DNA of 62,857 nucleotides, filler included, from Circinaria calcarea (GCA_051942165.1; 47 parts of 47 records of this genome joined end to end with filler, not necessarily neighbours in it), one strand, 5' to 3'. Counted from the first letter of the whole stretch, positions 48,828 through 62,802 are shown. The notes: a model not told the origin generated them from the sequence alone. A program made the numbers and translations.

Positions 48828-50172
48828 ACAAAGAGAAAAGCCGGGGAACTATTTTAGAGTTCGTCAAGATTTAGAACTTGCATTCTGGAATGGTTGGCAT
48901 AGTCGAAGTGGGACTTGGATTGGGTTGGCGAGTATTTGCCATAGAAAGTATAAAACATATACCACATTACGAGAGTGAGGTAGACACGTTCCAAGGATTC
49001 GAGGCAACCTGATTTCCGTAGCTCTAATCTATCATATTGCATCCGGAGGTTATCAGCGACTATCATATCATATCAAATAAGCAAGCAAGCCTTAGGGGAC
49101 TTCCTTCTTCATACCACCCACCCTCCATCCTCCATCCATCCATCCAGTCTTGGAATAGAACTCAGGAGCTGCTACGGCCAAAGAAAGGTACATTGTTCTC
49201 CTTTCCTTTCCGCTTCCACCTTCCACCTTTGCCCATAAAGATAAAGCCACGAAAATGAAAAGATGACCCTAGGGAGTTACGAGTCCCGGATGGGAATGGT
49301 CAGAACTAGTTTATTAAAAAAGGACATGGACATTGACCATTTCGAAAAGAAACCCTTTTTTTAAAACCGTCGTGTTCGCGTGTGTGTAAATACTGGGTGG
49401 GTAGGGGACGGTTTTTTTGGTTTTTTCCCTCGACACGACATGACCCACAGGGGTGCCTGTAGATATTGAACGGTAAACGGAAAACGGAGAAAACGAGGAG
49501 GAGGAGGAGTGGTAACATACCATACCATACCATACCATACCACCGGTTTTATTTTAATTTTAATTTTATTATNNNNNNNNNNNNNNNNNNNNNNNNNNNN
49601 NNNNNNNNNNNNNNNNTTAATTAATTAANNNNNNNNNNNNNNNNNNNNNNNNNNNNNNNNNNNNNNNNNNNNCTGGGCGTGAATATAGCCGGCGCTGGGC
49701 TCCCTGGTTTAGACGAAGACATGGTGCTATAATAATCGACAATATGGTTATCCCACTGCTTAATTTCTTGGTTCTTTGTTTCTACCTTGTGGCGGGAAAT
49801 GCTGTATATACCATCACAATCTCGCTCATCCCAGCCCTTCTTGCTTAGCGAAAATTACGGAAAAGAACAGTTTTATAGGGATTTTGCATAGCTACCGGCG
49901 CACTATCCCTCCTTGCTTATGAGTATGGCAGGTGGTATGCGAGTTTCGGTTGCTCTGGCTGGTTTCTCTTAGCGATTCCCCTGGGGTATAGGCACAGAGG
50001 TACTGATGCTGGCGTTTGCTGCTACTATTTCATCCTTAAAAACTTAACCGTAATATCAGATTTGGAATTTTATAATCCAATATTTGATCGGCGAACATTT
50101 ATCACGCACCCGAAAATATTATTCCAAACTTCAACGTATTATTACACAAGCCTCCACTTTAAGAGCCTTCCA

Positions 50173-50432
50173 TGTAAGGTGCTAGGATAGGCTAGACTTG
50201 TATAAGGGATAGAGTCACTCCGGTATGCACGATTACCTGAAACGTAATGGTTCGATTGTTGTTCCAGTTATTGGTGTCTATAAGCATGCTATTCTAAGGG
50301 AAGGAAACAGCCTGCCTATATAGTACTGTACTTCCGAGTGATCCCCATAATCCCGGGATCCCTCTGAGTACTGGGAGCGCCCGGCTCCTAGTTCCTCCGT
50401 TCCGGCTCTTGGTATGGCGTGGCGTCATGACA
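50173..50432 (-). mobile_element. Gypsy-type LTR (~260 bp), apparently solo
   Basis: TGTAAGG...CATGACA termini; blocks shared with 27678-28032 and 22970-23106. Confidence 0.75.
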
Positions 50433-50734
50433 CACCACCGTTTAAAAAAAAAAAAAAAAAAAAAAAAACCCCCCATGAAAACGCGCGGAAATTAAAGAAT
50501 TTATTATTTATAATATATTACTTATTTATTTATATTTACTTCCGTATATTTCCGTAAACGTTATTCATCAAATGATTATTTTGGTGGGAATAATAAAATC
50601 TGTCGTGCGCGAAGTCGACAAGGGGTTTTTTAAAAAACAATTGTTGCCGCAACGTGGATTTTATGCCACCGTAGAAATCCGTTGAAAGCCCAGAGTTATT
50701 ATTTCACTCTCCTTATTAGTAGCACCCCACGATC

Positions 50735-50902
50735 ATGGCGGCCAATCCACTCGTCTCCACAAACAAATCCTCCGATTCTGGCCTCCATGTCCTTCTCCAT
50801 CCGCTTGTCCTTCTCACAATTTCCGACTACATCACGCGTCACACTCTTCGAAATAGCAGCGGTCCCATTGTTGGAGCTCTCATTGGACAGCAGAATGGGC
50901 GC
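50735..50902 (+). CDS. CSN6: COP9 signalosome subunit 6 (MPN domain), N-terminal fragment
   Basis: [50 protein letters not shown]. Confidence 0.9.
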
Positions 50903-52333
50903 NNNNNNNNNNNNNNNNNNNNNNNNNNNNNNNNNNNNNNNNNNNNTTAATTAATTAANNNNNNNNNNNNNNNNNNNNNNNNNNNNNNNNNNNNNNNNNN
51001 NNTTCCAATCCCTACTGCTGAGGGAGGCTGCGCAGCAGCATGAATGGGCCAAAGGACATAGCCGCTATGGAAATTTCGTAAGGAATTCACAGCAGGCAGG
51101 ACGAGGGGTACATACGCATCCTGACGGTGACGGCGGAGGAGGCACAGCTGAAGGCGGAAGCGGGAGTCCGTTGAGGGAGGGGATGAGAGCTGGTGGAGGT
51201 GAGATGTTGCCGATGATGAGTAGTGACCGGTTTTGAGAATTAAAAGGGGAAGTTTGAAGTTTCGGCGAAACTAGGATTCTGGGATACAGAGCGGTGTGGT
51301 TAGGCTTTGTACATGAATTATGGACGCATTTACGCCAACGAACATATTTCCGTATAAGTTCCTTTCCTCCCCGCCTTTGATGGACTAGCTTTGGCATGCT
51401 GCAGTTCTGCCTACCCCAGCTTCCCCTAGTATTTGCTATTGAGATCGCCAGGAAAAACCCTCTCTATGGTGTTTTTTATTTTCGCCTTTGGTGGTACTTT
51501 CTACTCCCGCTCACTTCTTCACTGTTCTGACTTCTGGGGTTCCCTACCGGAGTTCGCGATGGGAGGCTCCTTGTGCAGAGGAGTTCCGCCCAATTGCTTT
51601 TTTTCCACTGGGGGGGCGCCAAACAATTTCCCTAAGGGACCGGGCATCGAGAAAGATTTTTGGCATTTCCTCGCCCCCCCTTCCCCTTTCCCTGGCGTCT
51701 TCAAAGGTCCATTGTTGATTGTGGGCAGATGGGATAGGGCAAGGAAAAGAAAGGGTAAGAAAAGGGTAAGGGTAAGGGCAAAGTGAAAGGTGAAAGGAAG
51801 GCTTGATGGATACCACGGGGGGCTTTAAGAGTTTCGGTTCGGGGCGGAGGATTCACTGGGCCCTTTGGTTACTGTCCGTGAGTCAGGAATCCAAGGTCGA
51901 AGAAAGTGGGGAGGGGGGGTGTGATCGAGGCGAATTCCGAACATTCTCCATTCCTGTACTTTCTTACGTTCGGTTCCGGGAATGAAATGATGGGCATGGT
52001 CATGGGCATAGGAACGATGTGAGAACGATGTGAGAAATGGGAAATACATTTTTCGCCAAACTGTGGTGACATCTCGTGATGCTTTGAGTTTGAGTTTGAG
52101 TTTGAGTGAGTACGTGACATGTGTGTGGGGGATAAAAACAGCGAGAGGGTTCGCACACTGACGGCTCTTGCCCTCTTGCCCTCTTGCCCTCCCTCCATTC
52201 CCTTTCACTCAGTCTCCCCCCTCCCCTTTCCCNNNNNNNNNNNNNNNNNNNNNNNNNNNNNNNNNNNNNNNNNNNNTTAATTAATTAANNNNNNNNNNNN
52301 NNNNNNNNNNNNNNNNNNNNNNNNNNNNNNNNG

Positions 52334-52555
52334 CAAGGATATGGCGGCTACCCGGCTCAGATGGGCCATCAAATGCATGGGCAACAGGGCTCACAATATG
52401 GTGCTGGGCTTGGTGGGTTAGGTGCTCATCATCAGACCGGTGCCCAGGCCCACCAAGCCGGAGGGTATGGCGCTGGCGGTTACGGCGCTGGATTTAGTGG
52501 AAGCTATTATGGTAATAATAATCGTGGCGGCTGGAGCGGCAACTATGGTCACTAG
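52334..52555 (+). CDS. DEF1: G/Q/Y/H-rich C-terminus, probably RNA polymerase II degradation factor Def1
   Basis: Ends YYGNNNRGGWSGNYGH*, as recalled for Pezizomycotina Def1 orthologues. Confidence 0.65.
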   Translation, partial: QGYGGYPAQMGHQMHGQQGSQYGAGLGGLGAHHQTGAQAHQAGGYGAGGYGAGFSGSYYGNNNRGGWSGNYGH

Positions 52556-54992
52556 TGTAGCAAGATTGTCTTTTTTGCATTTTGCCACGGTTGACGCTTT
52601 CTAACCGCATATGCTTGGGAGTTTTCTTGTCGTGTATGATCCAAGGACCTTTGACCATTTTTCCTTTGAAAAAAAAAAGTGCGCGGCTGTTCTCTACTCT
52701 TCTCGGCTGGCTTTTGATTACTGGGACCCAGAGGCTAATGGATAAGCTTGCTCGTGTACTGATTGCTCCTTTTTTCTTTCCATGATTGACAGAAGGGAGA
52801 TGTGGCAAATTGCTCTGCTCTTACATAGAAAAATCCCGTTGGGTTGAACATGCAAGTTGAGGCGGGGAGGTGGAAATTTAACGCAAGCGAGCTGAAAGGT
52901 AAAAAGGCAAAGGTGAAACCCATAACGCTATTGTATTTCTAGATTCGGAGATAATTTCCCCAGAATGAAAAAATCCAATGGATGTTTTTCATCGTCATGA
53001 TTTGGTGTTCCATGTACTTTGCCCAAGGGCTAAACACCTTGTAGCTGGGCCAGCGAGTCATGTCGTTTTCATATGACGGATGGATAGCTGTACACTCGGG
53101 CCACTTATGATTGCGAGTGTCGTTTGTTATGCATTGGAGATTTACTGTAGCATCTCACCTTCTACCTAGTTCTAGCCGCCCCTTCCTAGGGGCGATACTT
53201 ATAGACTGTAGGTAAGTAAATACCAAGAAGCAACCGACCGATTCTTGTTGGTTCACTCGGGGCCCCAGTTCTCATCTCGACCTGCACTCTGGGTAAATCC
53301 CCAACCTGTGCCGTGCCGTGCCGTGCTATTTCTGCGGCTTAAGGTACTGCACTCGAGCTCCTTATCCTTTCTTTTCCTTGTGCAATAAGATAACAATATA
53401 GGAGCAGTCTGCATCCTAGTCCTCCTGCTAGACTTAAAGAGAACGTGAAGTGAAGGTTCTAAAGACCCGTATTACGCGTCTGTAAAGGAAGGGATATTTC
53501 TTTTCTCTTTCCTCCCTCCCTCCCTCCCTAGCTTGGTTGGGCCTTGGCTGAACCCGTACTACNNNNNNNNNNNNNNNNNNNNNNNNNNNNNNNNNNNNNN
53601 NNNNNNTTAATTAATTAANNNNNNNNNNNNNNNNNNNNNNNNNNNNNNNNNNNNNNNNNNNNCCACTATCCCCTCCCAAACGACGCAAGCATCTCATAAA
53701 AGGCATCTGTACACTTTAACTTTCCACGAGCAACGGCTTGTAGCGAGAGGTTACGCAAGGATTAGTATCGCAATCCCCGCTGGGATAATAATCCCAAAAG
53801 CTCCCGGGGGGGAAAAAAAGCTTGACATGGAAATGGAGAAATTGAGTGATTGTGCTGGGTGGATTTTTTGGAAGGGTTTGGCGGGAGCGGACCGACTGAC
53901 GAGGGGGGAGGGGAACTGTATGAGTTTGGATTTGGAGCGAGGCTGAGTTCGATATTCCCAGGTCCAGGTCCAGGGCCAGGGCCAGGGCCAGGAGATAGTC
54001 ATTTGAAAGAAGGGGGAAGGTGGAGGTGGGAACCACGAGCGCAAATAATCAATAGCCCAATAACCCAGCTATTATTTTGTCCATCTCCCCCCCTCTTTTT
54101 GGTTTCTTCGCTTTGGGGGGGAGGCAGGAGGGGGATTCAAAAATTTCACACGGGTCGGCTGCCTGCTGCCTGCTGTCTTCTATGGCTGTAACGGGTAATA
54201 AAGGCGGATTAGCCTAGCTACGATGTTAGTAATCAACACATAAGTGGATGGGATATGCGTAGGACGGATGGGTACGGAGATTGGGAAAAGGAGGGCTATG
54301 TTAAGGGACCTATGATAGGTAGGGCTACCGAGCCACAGGTACCAGTAAGCGATAAATCGAATTTTACTTCCTCAATTGCGTGTTGTTTAAACCACCCCTC
54401 CCCCCCTTTCTTTCGCCATTTTCTCGAATTCCACCAACTTCCGAAAAAGACTTTTAAACCCCGGTTTATGAAAGGTACAGCAGGAAGGGGCTTCAGCAAT
54501 GCATTGAGACGGTATTTAGTGGTGGACGCAATAGTCAATATATTCTGTAAAGTATATGTAGGATGTGTAGTTAGCCAAGGGGAAAACTCTGCAGCCCCCG
54601 CTGGTATTTATATAGGCAGTACCGGAACTTCTGCATAGCAGCCGGTATGCTTGACTCTCTGTTTAATACGGTTTCTTTAAAAATTTCACACTACCTCAAC
54701 GGGGCTCCACCCCTTCCCCTCCCTTTTCGAAAAGATAAATAACCTCTTATACAGGCGCAACTATTCCCAACCTCCGTGTAGTACTCGCGGACGCAGCACC
54801 TCCGTTCACGAAAAAAGAAGCCATTCGGAAAGCGGGCTTAGATCCATATTTCCAAGCACATTAACACACCTGTGAACGGAAACCTTGGACCNNNNNNNNN
54901 NNNNNNNNNNNNNNNNNNNNNNNNNNNNNNNNNNNTTAATTAATTAANNNNNNNNNNNNNNNNNNNNNNNNNNNNNNNNNNNNNNNNNNNNA

Positions 54993-55352
54993 ATCTTCAA
55001 CTTTAACATCCATCCCTCATTTGTCGGCAAGACTTGTTCCCTGGTCTTTCTCCTTCCTACACAAGACAAGCTTGTCATGTCAGCATACACTCTGTCCGGG
55101 ACCGGTAGCATCGATGTGGCGCAGCTGATCGCCCCTGCTACTCAAAACACATCGTACAACACTGTACCTGCGGTGAAGAGTGAATTGGGCGCCACGAGCG
55201 TCGAACCTGGCAGCGGCTATGTGATTGCCACTCAGGCATGTGCTGCGGGGGAGACGATCGCATTTGAACTCGGTGCGACTGGGAGTTTGGCTTTGGATTA
55301 TTTCCAGAATTATGACGCGCCGGCTATTGGGTTATATATTAGCGTTTGTTAA
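54993..55352 (+). CDS. But2 C-terminal-domain cell-wall protein, C-terminal fragment
   Basis: IFNFNIHPSFVGKTCSLVFLLP..TSYNTVP..PGSGYVIATQAC..LDYFQNYDAPAIGLYISVC*. Confidence 0.85.
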   Translation: MFNFNIHPSFVGKTCSLVFLLPTQDKLVMSAYTLSGTGSIDVAQLIAPATQNTSYNTVPAVKSELGATSVEPGSGYVIATQACAAGETIAFELGATGSLALDYFQNYDAPAIGLYISVC

Positions 55353-57655
55353 ATGCATGGATGAGGGAGAATAGGGACGGCGCAAAGCTTTTTGGGGGGA
55401 CATTTGCTATTTGCATGGGCGGATGATATTGAAAGATAATATGGGAAAAGAGGATGGTGAGGAAGAAAGAGGATAAGAGAATCATGTACATAGGTCTATG
55501 AAACGGTTAACGAGATGGATGATAGATGGCAGATAATATTTAATTATTAAATCCTGAGAAAGCATCACGCAAGCACCTGAAATATAAAATCTCTCACCTG
55601 AAAGAATTAGCGGCCTTGGCTTCCTTGCCCTATTTACCCTCGTACCCACCTAACCGATCTAACCCTCAACCCTTTTCCTCCTCAGAGCCTCAGAGCCTCA
55701 GCTTCAGACCCTCAAACATACTGCACATGTATACTTATATCCATCCACATCCATCCTCAAATCCCAACTCTACACCTCCGACCGCAAAAAAAAAACAAAA
55801 AACGGGAACCTTTGGGGAATCCATAATACGCCTATTATTTAATAATTAGTATTTACAACCGATTCCTTCTTTAAGTGTTTAAGTATTTACCATAGGTTTT
55901 TTAGGGATCTTCTCTCTCTCTCTCTGTGGATTTTTGGATTTTGGATTTAGAAAATAAGGGGATGGGGGGGTTTTTGCGGGAGGAGGAAGAGGAGGAAGTA
56001 TAGAGATTAGAGATTAGAAACCGGAGACCAGGGGTAGGATAGGGGTAGGGGTAGGATAGGGTAAGACTATACATGGTGGCCGGAGAGTTCATTTATGTCG
56101 GGATCCCCCCCCCAGGGTAGGTAGGTAGGTACTGTAGGTAGGTAGGGTGGTGAACACCTTTCTTTTAAGCTTTACGGGTACGGGTACGGTACGATGTTAT
56201 TTTATACCAAGAGGGGAGCTNNNNNNNNNNNNNNNNNNNNNNNNNNNNNNNNNNNNNNNNNNNNTTAATTAATTAANNNNNNNNNNNNNNNNNNNNNNNN
56301 NNNNNNNNNNNNNNNNNNNNATATTAAAATATTACGCGCTCGCGCGTATTATTAATATTAATAATATAATAAAAAATATAATATATTTAATTTTTATATA
56401 TATATAAAAAATATATAATTAAATATTTTATAATTTTTTTAAAGAAATAAAAGCTAAAGCCTAAAGAGGCAAAAAAGCTAGGCCAGAAAATATAAAAAAC
56501 TAAATTTTTTACGGTTATTTTAAATGTTTTATTAAGACTCCGGTAGAATTTTGCTCAGATCAGTCCGGGTCGTGCCTAGATTTAAACCCTTTAACGTCGT
56601 TCCTTTGGTTTCAGGGCACCGGGCCAAGAGGAGTATTCGTACGTTCTAATGGTAAATTCGTGCGGTTACGGAGGGAGTGATGTATATCCCTTATATTAGT
56701 TCTAGGATCGCTAGCACCCCTTATATCTGGTGAGTGAAAAATGTGATAGATTTCCAAGGGTTGCCAGTACGTTATGCGCTTTGTAATTACGTGGCCAGTA
56801 ATTTCTAATTTTGTAATCAATTGATTTCCACTTTGGAAAGTGGCAGCGCATTTGGCAGAGTGTCAGGCCAAACCCGATCAATAAATCGGCTTGTGCCATG
56901 CCTCACCTGGTTGCAAGGGAATCATCAGGCAGAATATATATTTAGCATGGGGTTTAATTCTTTTCGGCACATCCAGGCGTTGAAAACACGAGTCAAGCTG
57001 ACCTCGGGAACCTTACAAGTTTGGAAACTAAGATTTTTCATGAGTTTAGCCCTAGAACGATCTAATTTAACTCTTCTCGGTACGAGACCCGATTCCTACA
57101 AGCGGAGTGAGGTTGAAGAGACCATTACCTAGGTACCCAGGCTCTGACTGATAATGCTGCTGGTTTCGGAGAACGGCCTGTGCCTATTAGCTGTGATGAG
57201 CGTTTTAGAGATGGGGTTCTGCTATCGAAACCGGTGAGATATTTCTGAACAGCTTGATGGCTGTGCATATGGTAACAAAGCGCAGTTAACGTAAGGTCAG
57301 AAGTCATTTGCGTTAGAAAGCGAAAATATACAAGGGTCCTTTATAAGGTATAATTGACCATAGAAGAGTTTGAGCGAAAGCATAGTATTCCAAGAAACTT
57401 ATTGAAAAGCTGCATGTTAAAAGATTTTATAAGCGGAACTTCCGTGAATTGGTAGAATATATTAAATTCCGCAGCCGAAATGAGTATTAGATTTGCAGAG
57501 GCATCGGGAACGGGGCCTTTCAAGGTATTTCTAACATCCCCTTCAGTGNNNNNNNNNNNNNNNNNNNNNNNNNNNNNNNNNNNNNNNNNNNNTTAATTAA
57601 TTAANNNNNNNNNNNNNNNNNNNNNNNNNNNNNNNNNNNNNNNNNNNNATCCAAC

Positions 57656-58522
57656 ATGCGTTTCTCCCTCACCCTCGTTCTGTCGGCATTTGTCGCCTCC
57701 ATTTCTGCCCAAAACACCGACGGCTCTAATCCGTTCAACATTCCCGCCGGGGGCTACCTCCTCAATGCCGGGCAGCCCACCACCTTTACATGGCAGCCCA
57801 CAACGCCTGGCACCGTGACCCTTACTCTCCGAGACGGCGCCAACGGCGACCTGAATGCCGGCACAGTCATCCAATGTACGTTGGCCTCTCAGATTACCCA
57901 CACCCTTACAATTCACCACGAGACCCCACCTAAATTTCCCCCATACTAACCGAGACATCCAGCCAGCATCCCCAACGACGGTTCATACACCTACACCCCA
58001 CCCGCCACCACGGTGGAAGGAAACTCCTACACCATTCAAATTACCTCGGATAGCGACAGCGACTCTGTCAACTTTACGCCCCAGTTCGTTATCCTCTCCC
58101 CCGTCAAAGACGTCCCCAGCAGCGCTTCTACCTCCGGATCTGTCTCCTCAGCCTCTGGCTCGGCCTCCACAACCGCCGAAACCACAGATAGCACGCTCAG
58201 CACCGTCACCGTCACCTCCTCGGCCGATTCCTCGGCTACAAGCGCTACGGCTGCGACCGTGACCACGACCGGCACTTCTGGGACGGTGACCACGACGGGA
58301 ACGGTAACGTCGACAGGCACGGCTTCCTCGTCGAGGGGGAGTACGACATCGGGGAGTGTGGCATCGGGCAGTAGCACCAGCCAGAGTTCGCAGAGCTCGA
58401 CCGGCAGCGCGGCCGCGAGCGCGCAGAACACGGCTGTCAGTAATACGAATGGTGGTGCCCAGCTCAAGTTCGGAGGTGGGTTGTTGGCTGTGGTGGCTGG
58501 TGTGGCTGTTGTAGTGCTATAG
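57656..58522 (+). CDS. GPI-anchored Ser/Thr-rich cell-wall protein (Kre9/Knh1-like N-terminal domain), complete; exons 57656-57875, 57963-58522
   Basis: Signal peptide MRFSLTLVLSAFVASISA; NPFNIP..AGQPTTFTWQPTT.GTVTLTLRDG..IPNDGSYTYTP..YTIQI..NFTPQF; S/T stalk; hydrophobic C-terminus. Confidence 0.92.
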
Positions 58523-60640
58523 GGCGGGTTGGATCCGGTGAGGGGTTTGTAATATAGAAGGGAAGGATAAGGGAAAGAGAAGCATGCAGGGAAGAGTGGT
58601 ATTTACTTGTAGTGATATATCTAGTTTAGCAAATAAGGACGGAAAAAGGGGGAGGTGAGCGTTTATTCGATGTCAATATCTCGGAGGATGGACACAGAAC
58701 ATCCGATGTTTTACGAGTGGTGTGCATAAAGCTCTCAGTGCTCTCTAGAAGCCCTTAGCGCTCTCCAACCTTTATTACCATGTTTCGCTGTCAATATAGG
58801 GTCTAAACTAAACATGCATCCCTCTTCATACTCACATCCATCATTTTATCCTACTCGCCCCGCTCCTAGACAGAACNNNNNNNNNNNNNNNNNNNNNNNN
58901 NNNNNNNNNNNNNNNNNNNNTTAATTAATTAANNNNNNNNNNNNNNNNNNNNNNNNNNNNNNNNNNNNNNNNNNNNAGCTTCGGTCATCGATCAACCTGC
59001 TCTTATTGGCGAGGATCGTACATACCATCACCTTACCAGTTTCTTATTGAGTCCTAATTCCCCCTTGAATGCTCTCTGCCATATGATAGATGCAAAACTT
59101 TCAGGGCAAACGTCCACGATTTCCTGGATGGAGGAGTTGCAGCTCTTTTGTAATAGCACCCGCACGGTCTTCCTGAAGTAACCTGCTCAAGCGACTTGAC
59201 TGCGATGTGTATACTCCGTATACAAGAGGTAGATTATATATTCAAGGCAAAGAGCCGCAGAAAGTAGTCTTGGTTTGTGGGAATATTCGTATCACCGTCG
59301 AGTTGGCGGGGCCATCTCGATAAGTAGTACTGCAGAAGGTACGGAACCTCGTGAGATGGCCAGTCTTTGCCCTGCCCTGCAGGCTGCGGTTTGGACCCAT
59401 CAGCTGAAGTCTTTGGCAGTACCGCCTGTCCCTCGAGGGCCAATCCGCTGCGGACTGAATAGCCAATAGTCAGCAGAGATCACGCTGGAGGCGACTAGAG
59501 GGCCGCTAGAGCCTCATGCGGAAGAGGCGCATGCTTCTAAAATTAGCACCTGATCCCTCACATCTCCACCGCCATGATGCATCTTCCTTTCTCCAATCCT
59601 TCTCCTTTGTTACAGAATCCATATTGAGACTCAGTCGGTCGTACTGGATATTCTATGCGAAAAGGCAAACCTGCGAGTATAATGTTGTGGCACACTGTCA
59701 TCCAGAGTCGATATTCCAATTATCCTGGCTTGCTTCGCTACTGCCTACGGTGTACCATGACTGTTTTCGGTTTTCGTCATGGGGCAAATAGAAAACCTCA
59801 AGCACTGGTTGCCCTCCAATTTAATTTCTTTGTCTTGACGTTCATGACCTGTCATCTGACGGTTTGTGTTGCGTTTAAGCTGGCGGCGGCGGTTGTGCAA
59901 GCTGCATCATATTTCAGATTCACTCGGCATCTCCCAGCCTTGCCCTAGGTACGTTAGGCAGACAAGGCTGCTTGTCATACATCAGACATACAGTTTGCTC
60001 TGCAGCTTTTGAATTCCCTTGATCTGTACCTGGTTCAAGGAAAGCTGACTGGCTAACTCAAGTATATGGGAAGAGTAAACCGGACTCCATGAGAATGGCC
60101 AAACTCGATTGTTGATGGCATGATGGTAGACTATCATGTTTGCTGCCTTCGCCTCCTTGATAAGACCTCACAACTAGTGACCACCAATTTGACATATCCC
60201 TAGCNNNNNNNNNNNNNNNNNNNNNNNNNNNNNNNNNNNNNNNNNNNNTTAATTAATTAANNNNNNNNNNNNNNNNNNNNNNNNNNNNNNNNNNNNNNNN
60301 NNNNGGGAAGGGGAAGGGGAAGGAGTAAAGTGATGAGGAGTGCGGATAGTGGTGCCTTAGGGTTTAGAAGGTTGTGGAACGGGACGAGACGCGGATACGG
60401 ACGCGTTGGGGGTGGTAGAGGTTAGGGTAGGATATAGTAGGAGGAGGGGGAGGGTAAAGGGTTGGAGAAGGGAAGATAGGATAGGATAGGATAGGATAGG
60501 ATTAGGATAGGATTAGGATGGGGGAGCTTGGAATGCGGAGGAGGGGGTTTTAAAATTTGACACGGTTATGGATATCATAGAGTTTCACTGGGCACATACA
60601 TCTAAGATAGAGATTTTTTATTGATATTTTTTTGGGGTTT

Positions 60641-60757
60641 TCCTGGCTTTTGGTCAGTCTTGAACTGAACTCAATCTTCTTCCCCGGTTTTTGTCAGTCT
60701 TGAACTGAACTCAATCTTCTTTCCCGGCTTTTGTCAGTCTTGAACTGAACTCAATCT
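60641..60757. repeat. 40-bp minisatellite, about 3 copies
   Basis: GTCAGTCTTGAACTGAACTCAATCT recurs at exact 40-bp spacing with near-identical intervening bases. Confidence 0.92.
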
Positions 60758-60887
60758 AATTTTCAAAGGACGCAGAGGGAGGGTTCCGAATTTTCCCCAT
60801 CCGTAGCGCCATGGGGGTATCTTTAATCTCCAACGTCCGTGACTCCAAATTTTCCATGTCACCCTCCAATGCCCCACTACAGAGTGC

Positions 60888-61531
60888 TCAATCACTTCCC
60901 TCTTCCTCCTCCTCCTCCTCCACCTCATCATCCTCTACATCATCTATATCTTCGTCTTCTTCACCGCCCGCTTCGTCCTCGTCTTCGACTTCAATGTCAT
61001 CGCCTGCTTCTTCGCCCATTCCGCCTTCTTCCTCTTCGTCGTCGTCATCCACAGTATCGTTGGCGTTTCCAGGTTCGGATTCGTCTTCATCCTCCTGGTC
61101 TTGAGATTCTGATTTCTTGGCTTTATGGGTGCCAGGGGTGGGAGCGTTGGTGGGTGTGAATCCCGAGACGGTACTCGTACTTCCAGTCATATTCGCCTCC
61201 TTGTTCTGAGCAGTGCGCGCATCAACCGATTTAAAAACACTAGCTGTCGTATGCAACCCCTTTGGCTTCGCGACTCTAGCTCTCTTCTTTCCTCTCTTCC
61301 GCCCTTCAACCTCCACGCCTGCCATTCCCTTCCCATCCTCTTTCTCCTTCTCCCCCTCACCACTTCCCCCCTCATTTTTCTTCCCTCCCGCAGCCCCTGA
61401 TTCTTTCACCTTTTTCCGGTATTCGTTCCGTTTCCCGGTTTGAATCTCAACGTAGCGGGCTAATTCGTCTTCGAGACGGGGGATCATGGATCCGAATCCC
61501 GTGTCGTTAAGGGCTGTATAGACATCTTGCG
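60888..61531 (-). CDS. DPB4: DNA polymerase epsilon subunit D (histone fold), C-terminal part with acidic tail
   Basis: QDVYTALNDTGFGSMIPRLEDELARYVEIQTGKRNEYRKKVKE, then a long D/E tail. Confidence 0.78.
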
Positions 61532-61633
61532 NNNNNNNNNNNNNNNNNNNNNNNNNNNNNNNNNNNNNNNNNNNNTTAATTAATTAANNNNNNNNNNNNN
61601 NNNNNNNNNNNNNNNNNNNNNNNNNNNNNNNAC

Positions 61634-61864
61634 GAGTACCCCCCCAATGGCGCCGATCTTACCAAACTCGTCCTCTATCCACCAACACTGAGGTCCATTC
61701 CGGTCAAGCCACTCTTTCTGGATATTGCGTGGAACTATATCGAGTACCCGGGTCGTGGCAGAGAGACACGAGGCGCCGGTGCCAATGACGGTCCTGAGGC
61801 GACTAAGGAGAATGTCGAGCAAAAGAGCCAAGGAAGGAAAGGATGGTTTGGCTTCGGTAGATAG
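61634..61864 (+). CDS. SRP68: Signal recognition particle subunit Srp68, C-terminal fragment
   Basis: DLTKLVLYPPTLRSIPVKPLFLDIAWNYIEYPG..RKGWFGFGR*. Confidence 0.92.
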   Translation, partial: EYPPNGADLTKLVLYPPTLRSIPVKPLFLDIAWNYIEYPGRGRETRGAGANDGPEATKENVEQKSQGRKGWFGFGR

Positions 61865-62636
61865 AAGTGAGAAAAGATATGAAATGACATTTCTGAACAG
61901 ACGCACAGTCACTGAGATAGACAAGAATGTAATTCCGATACTGTGATATGGACACGCCGTTGAATAGCAGCAAATTTTCAATGAGAAACTTGCCCGTTGA
62001 ATTTCCTCCGAGACGAGGCCGGTATGCCAAAGCCGTTGCCAACGACTGAGACTTGGGTATTTTGACGAGATGTAAGCTATGCCCGTAAACTGTACATTTA
62101 AACCGCCTTGGACTTATCCTCCCTCTGTTGAATTGCATGGTTGATATCCCCAACACCTCGTGCCACACAGTGAGATAATGTTCGTGTGGACGAGGTCCTC
62201 CGATGTCATAATGTGGATTCGAACCACCACTCGTACCCATCTGCCTGGAAGGATTCAACCAGCCCGACATCTATATCTGCTATTTGAGTGATTGTGACGT
62301 GGCTATCGTAAATAGCTCTCGATGACAATACCACTAATGTTAGTCCAGGAGGCTCGTTTAACGTACCATAGACGTAGTCTCGGATCTTTACGCATCCGAA
62401 ATGTCTTCACCGATTATTTTGTTGAAGTCGCATATCACACCCTTTTGCCTCAGTTACATTGGGATTGCTGGAGGAGATGGTGCTGAGGGGTAGACCTTGA
62501 GGATTTTGCCATTGTCCTTCCTACCGACTTGAATACCTTCGTTTTGTCGAATTAGTCTGCAGTATTTGAGAGAATTGCCTCGAGTCCACAACGAGCGCTC
62601 CGCCAAACAGAGAACCGATTACCGAATTGCTCTACA

Positions 62637-62802
62637 ATGGCAGCGGCAGTCAATGGCACTTTTGCTTCGCCGGCAGCAAACGCTGATTACGTGGTACCTA
62701 TCGCACCGGCGAGCGGCGGTCATCTTTCATACCTATACAATGGCATGAATGGGTGGAGCATGGTGTTGACATTCTTACTTATGCTTGTCGCATACGACCA
62801 GA
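62637..62802 (+). CDS. ERG5: C-22 sterol desaturase (CYP61), exon 1
   Basis: NGTFASPAA..GMNGWSMVLTFLLMLVAYDQ followed by a GTGAGC donor, typical of CYP61 N-termini. Confidence 0.82.

Noticed and set aside
56321..57548. Possible degraded transposase or pseudogene next to an AT-rich tract
   Set aside because: Short interrupted ORFs with no recognisable DDE, RT or other motif.
58977..60204. Fragmentary minus-strand ORFs
   Set aside because: No consistent exon structure or recognisable domain.
60641..60757. Three repeats as a mini-CRISPR
   Set aside because: Intervening sequences are nearly identical, so it is a 40-bp minisatellite.
1255..61631. Regularly spaced TTAATTAATTAA repeats as a biological array
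   Set aside because: Always embedded in N44 runs; an artificial six-frame-stop linker. ORFs ending in XXXLIN are artefacts of it.
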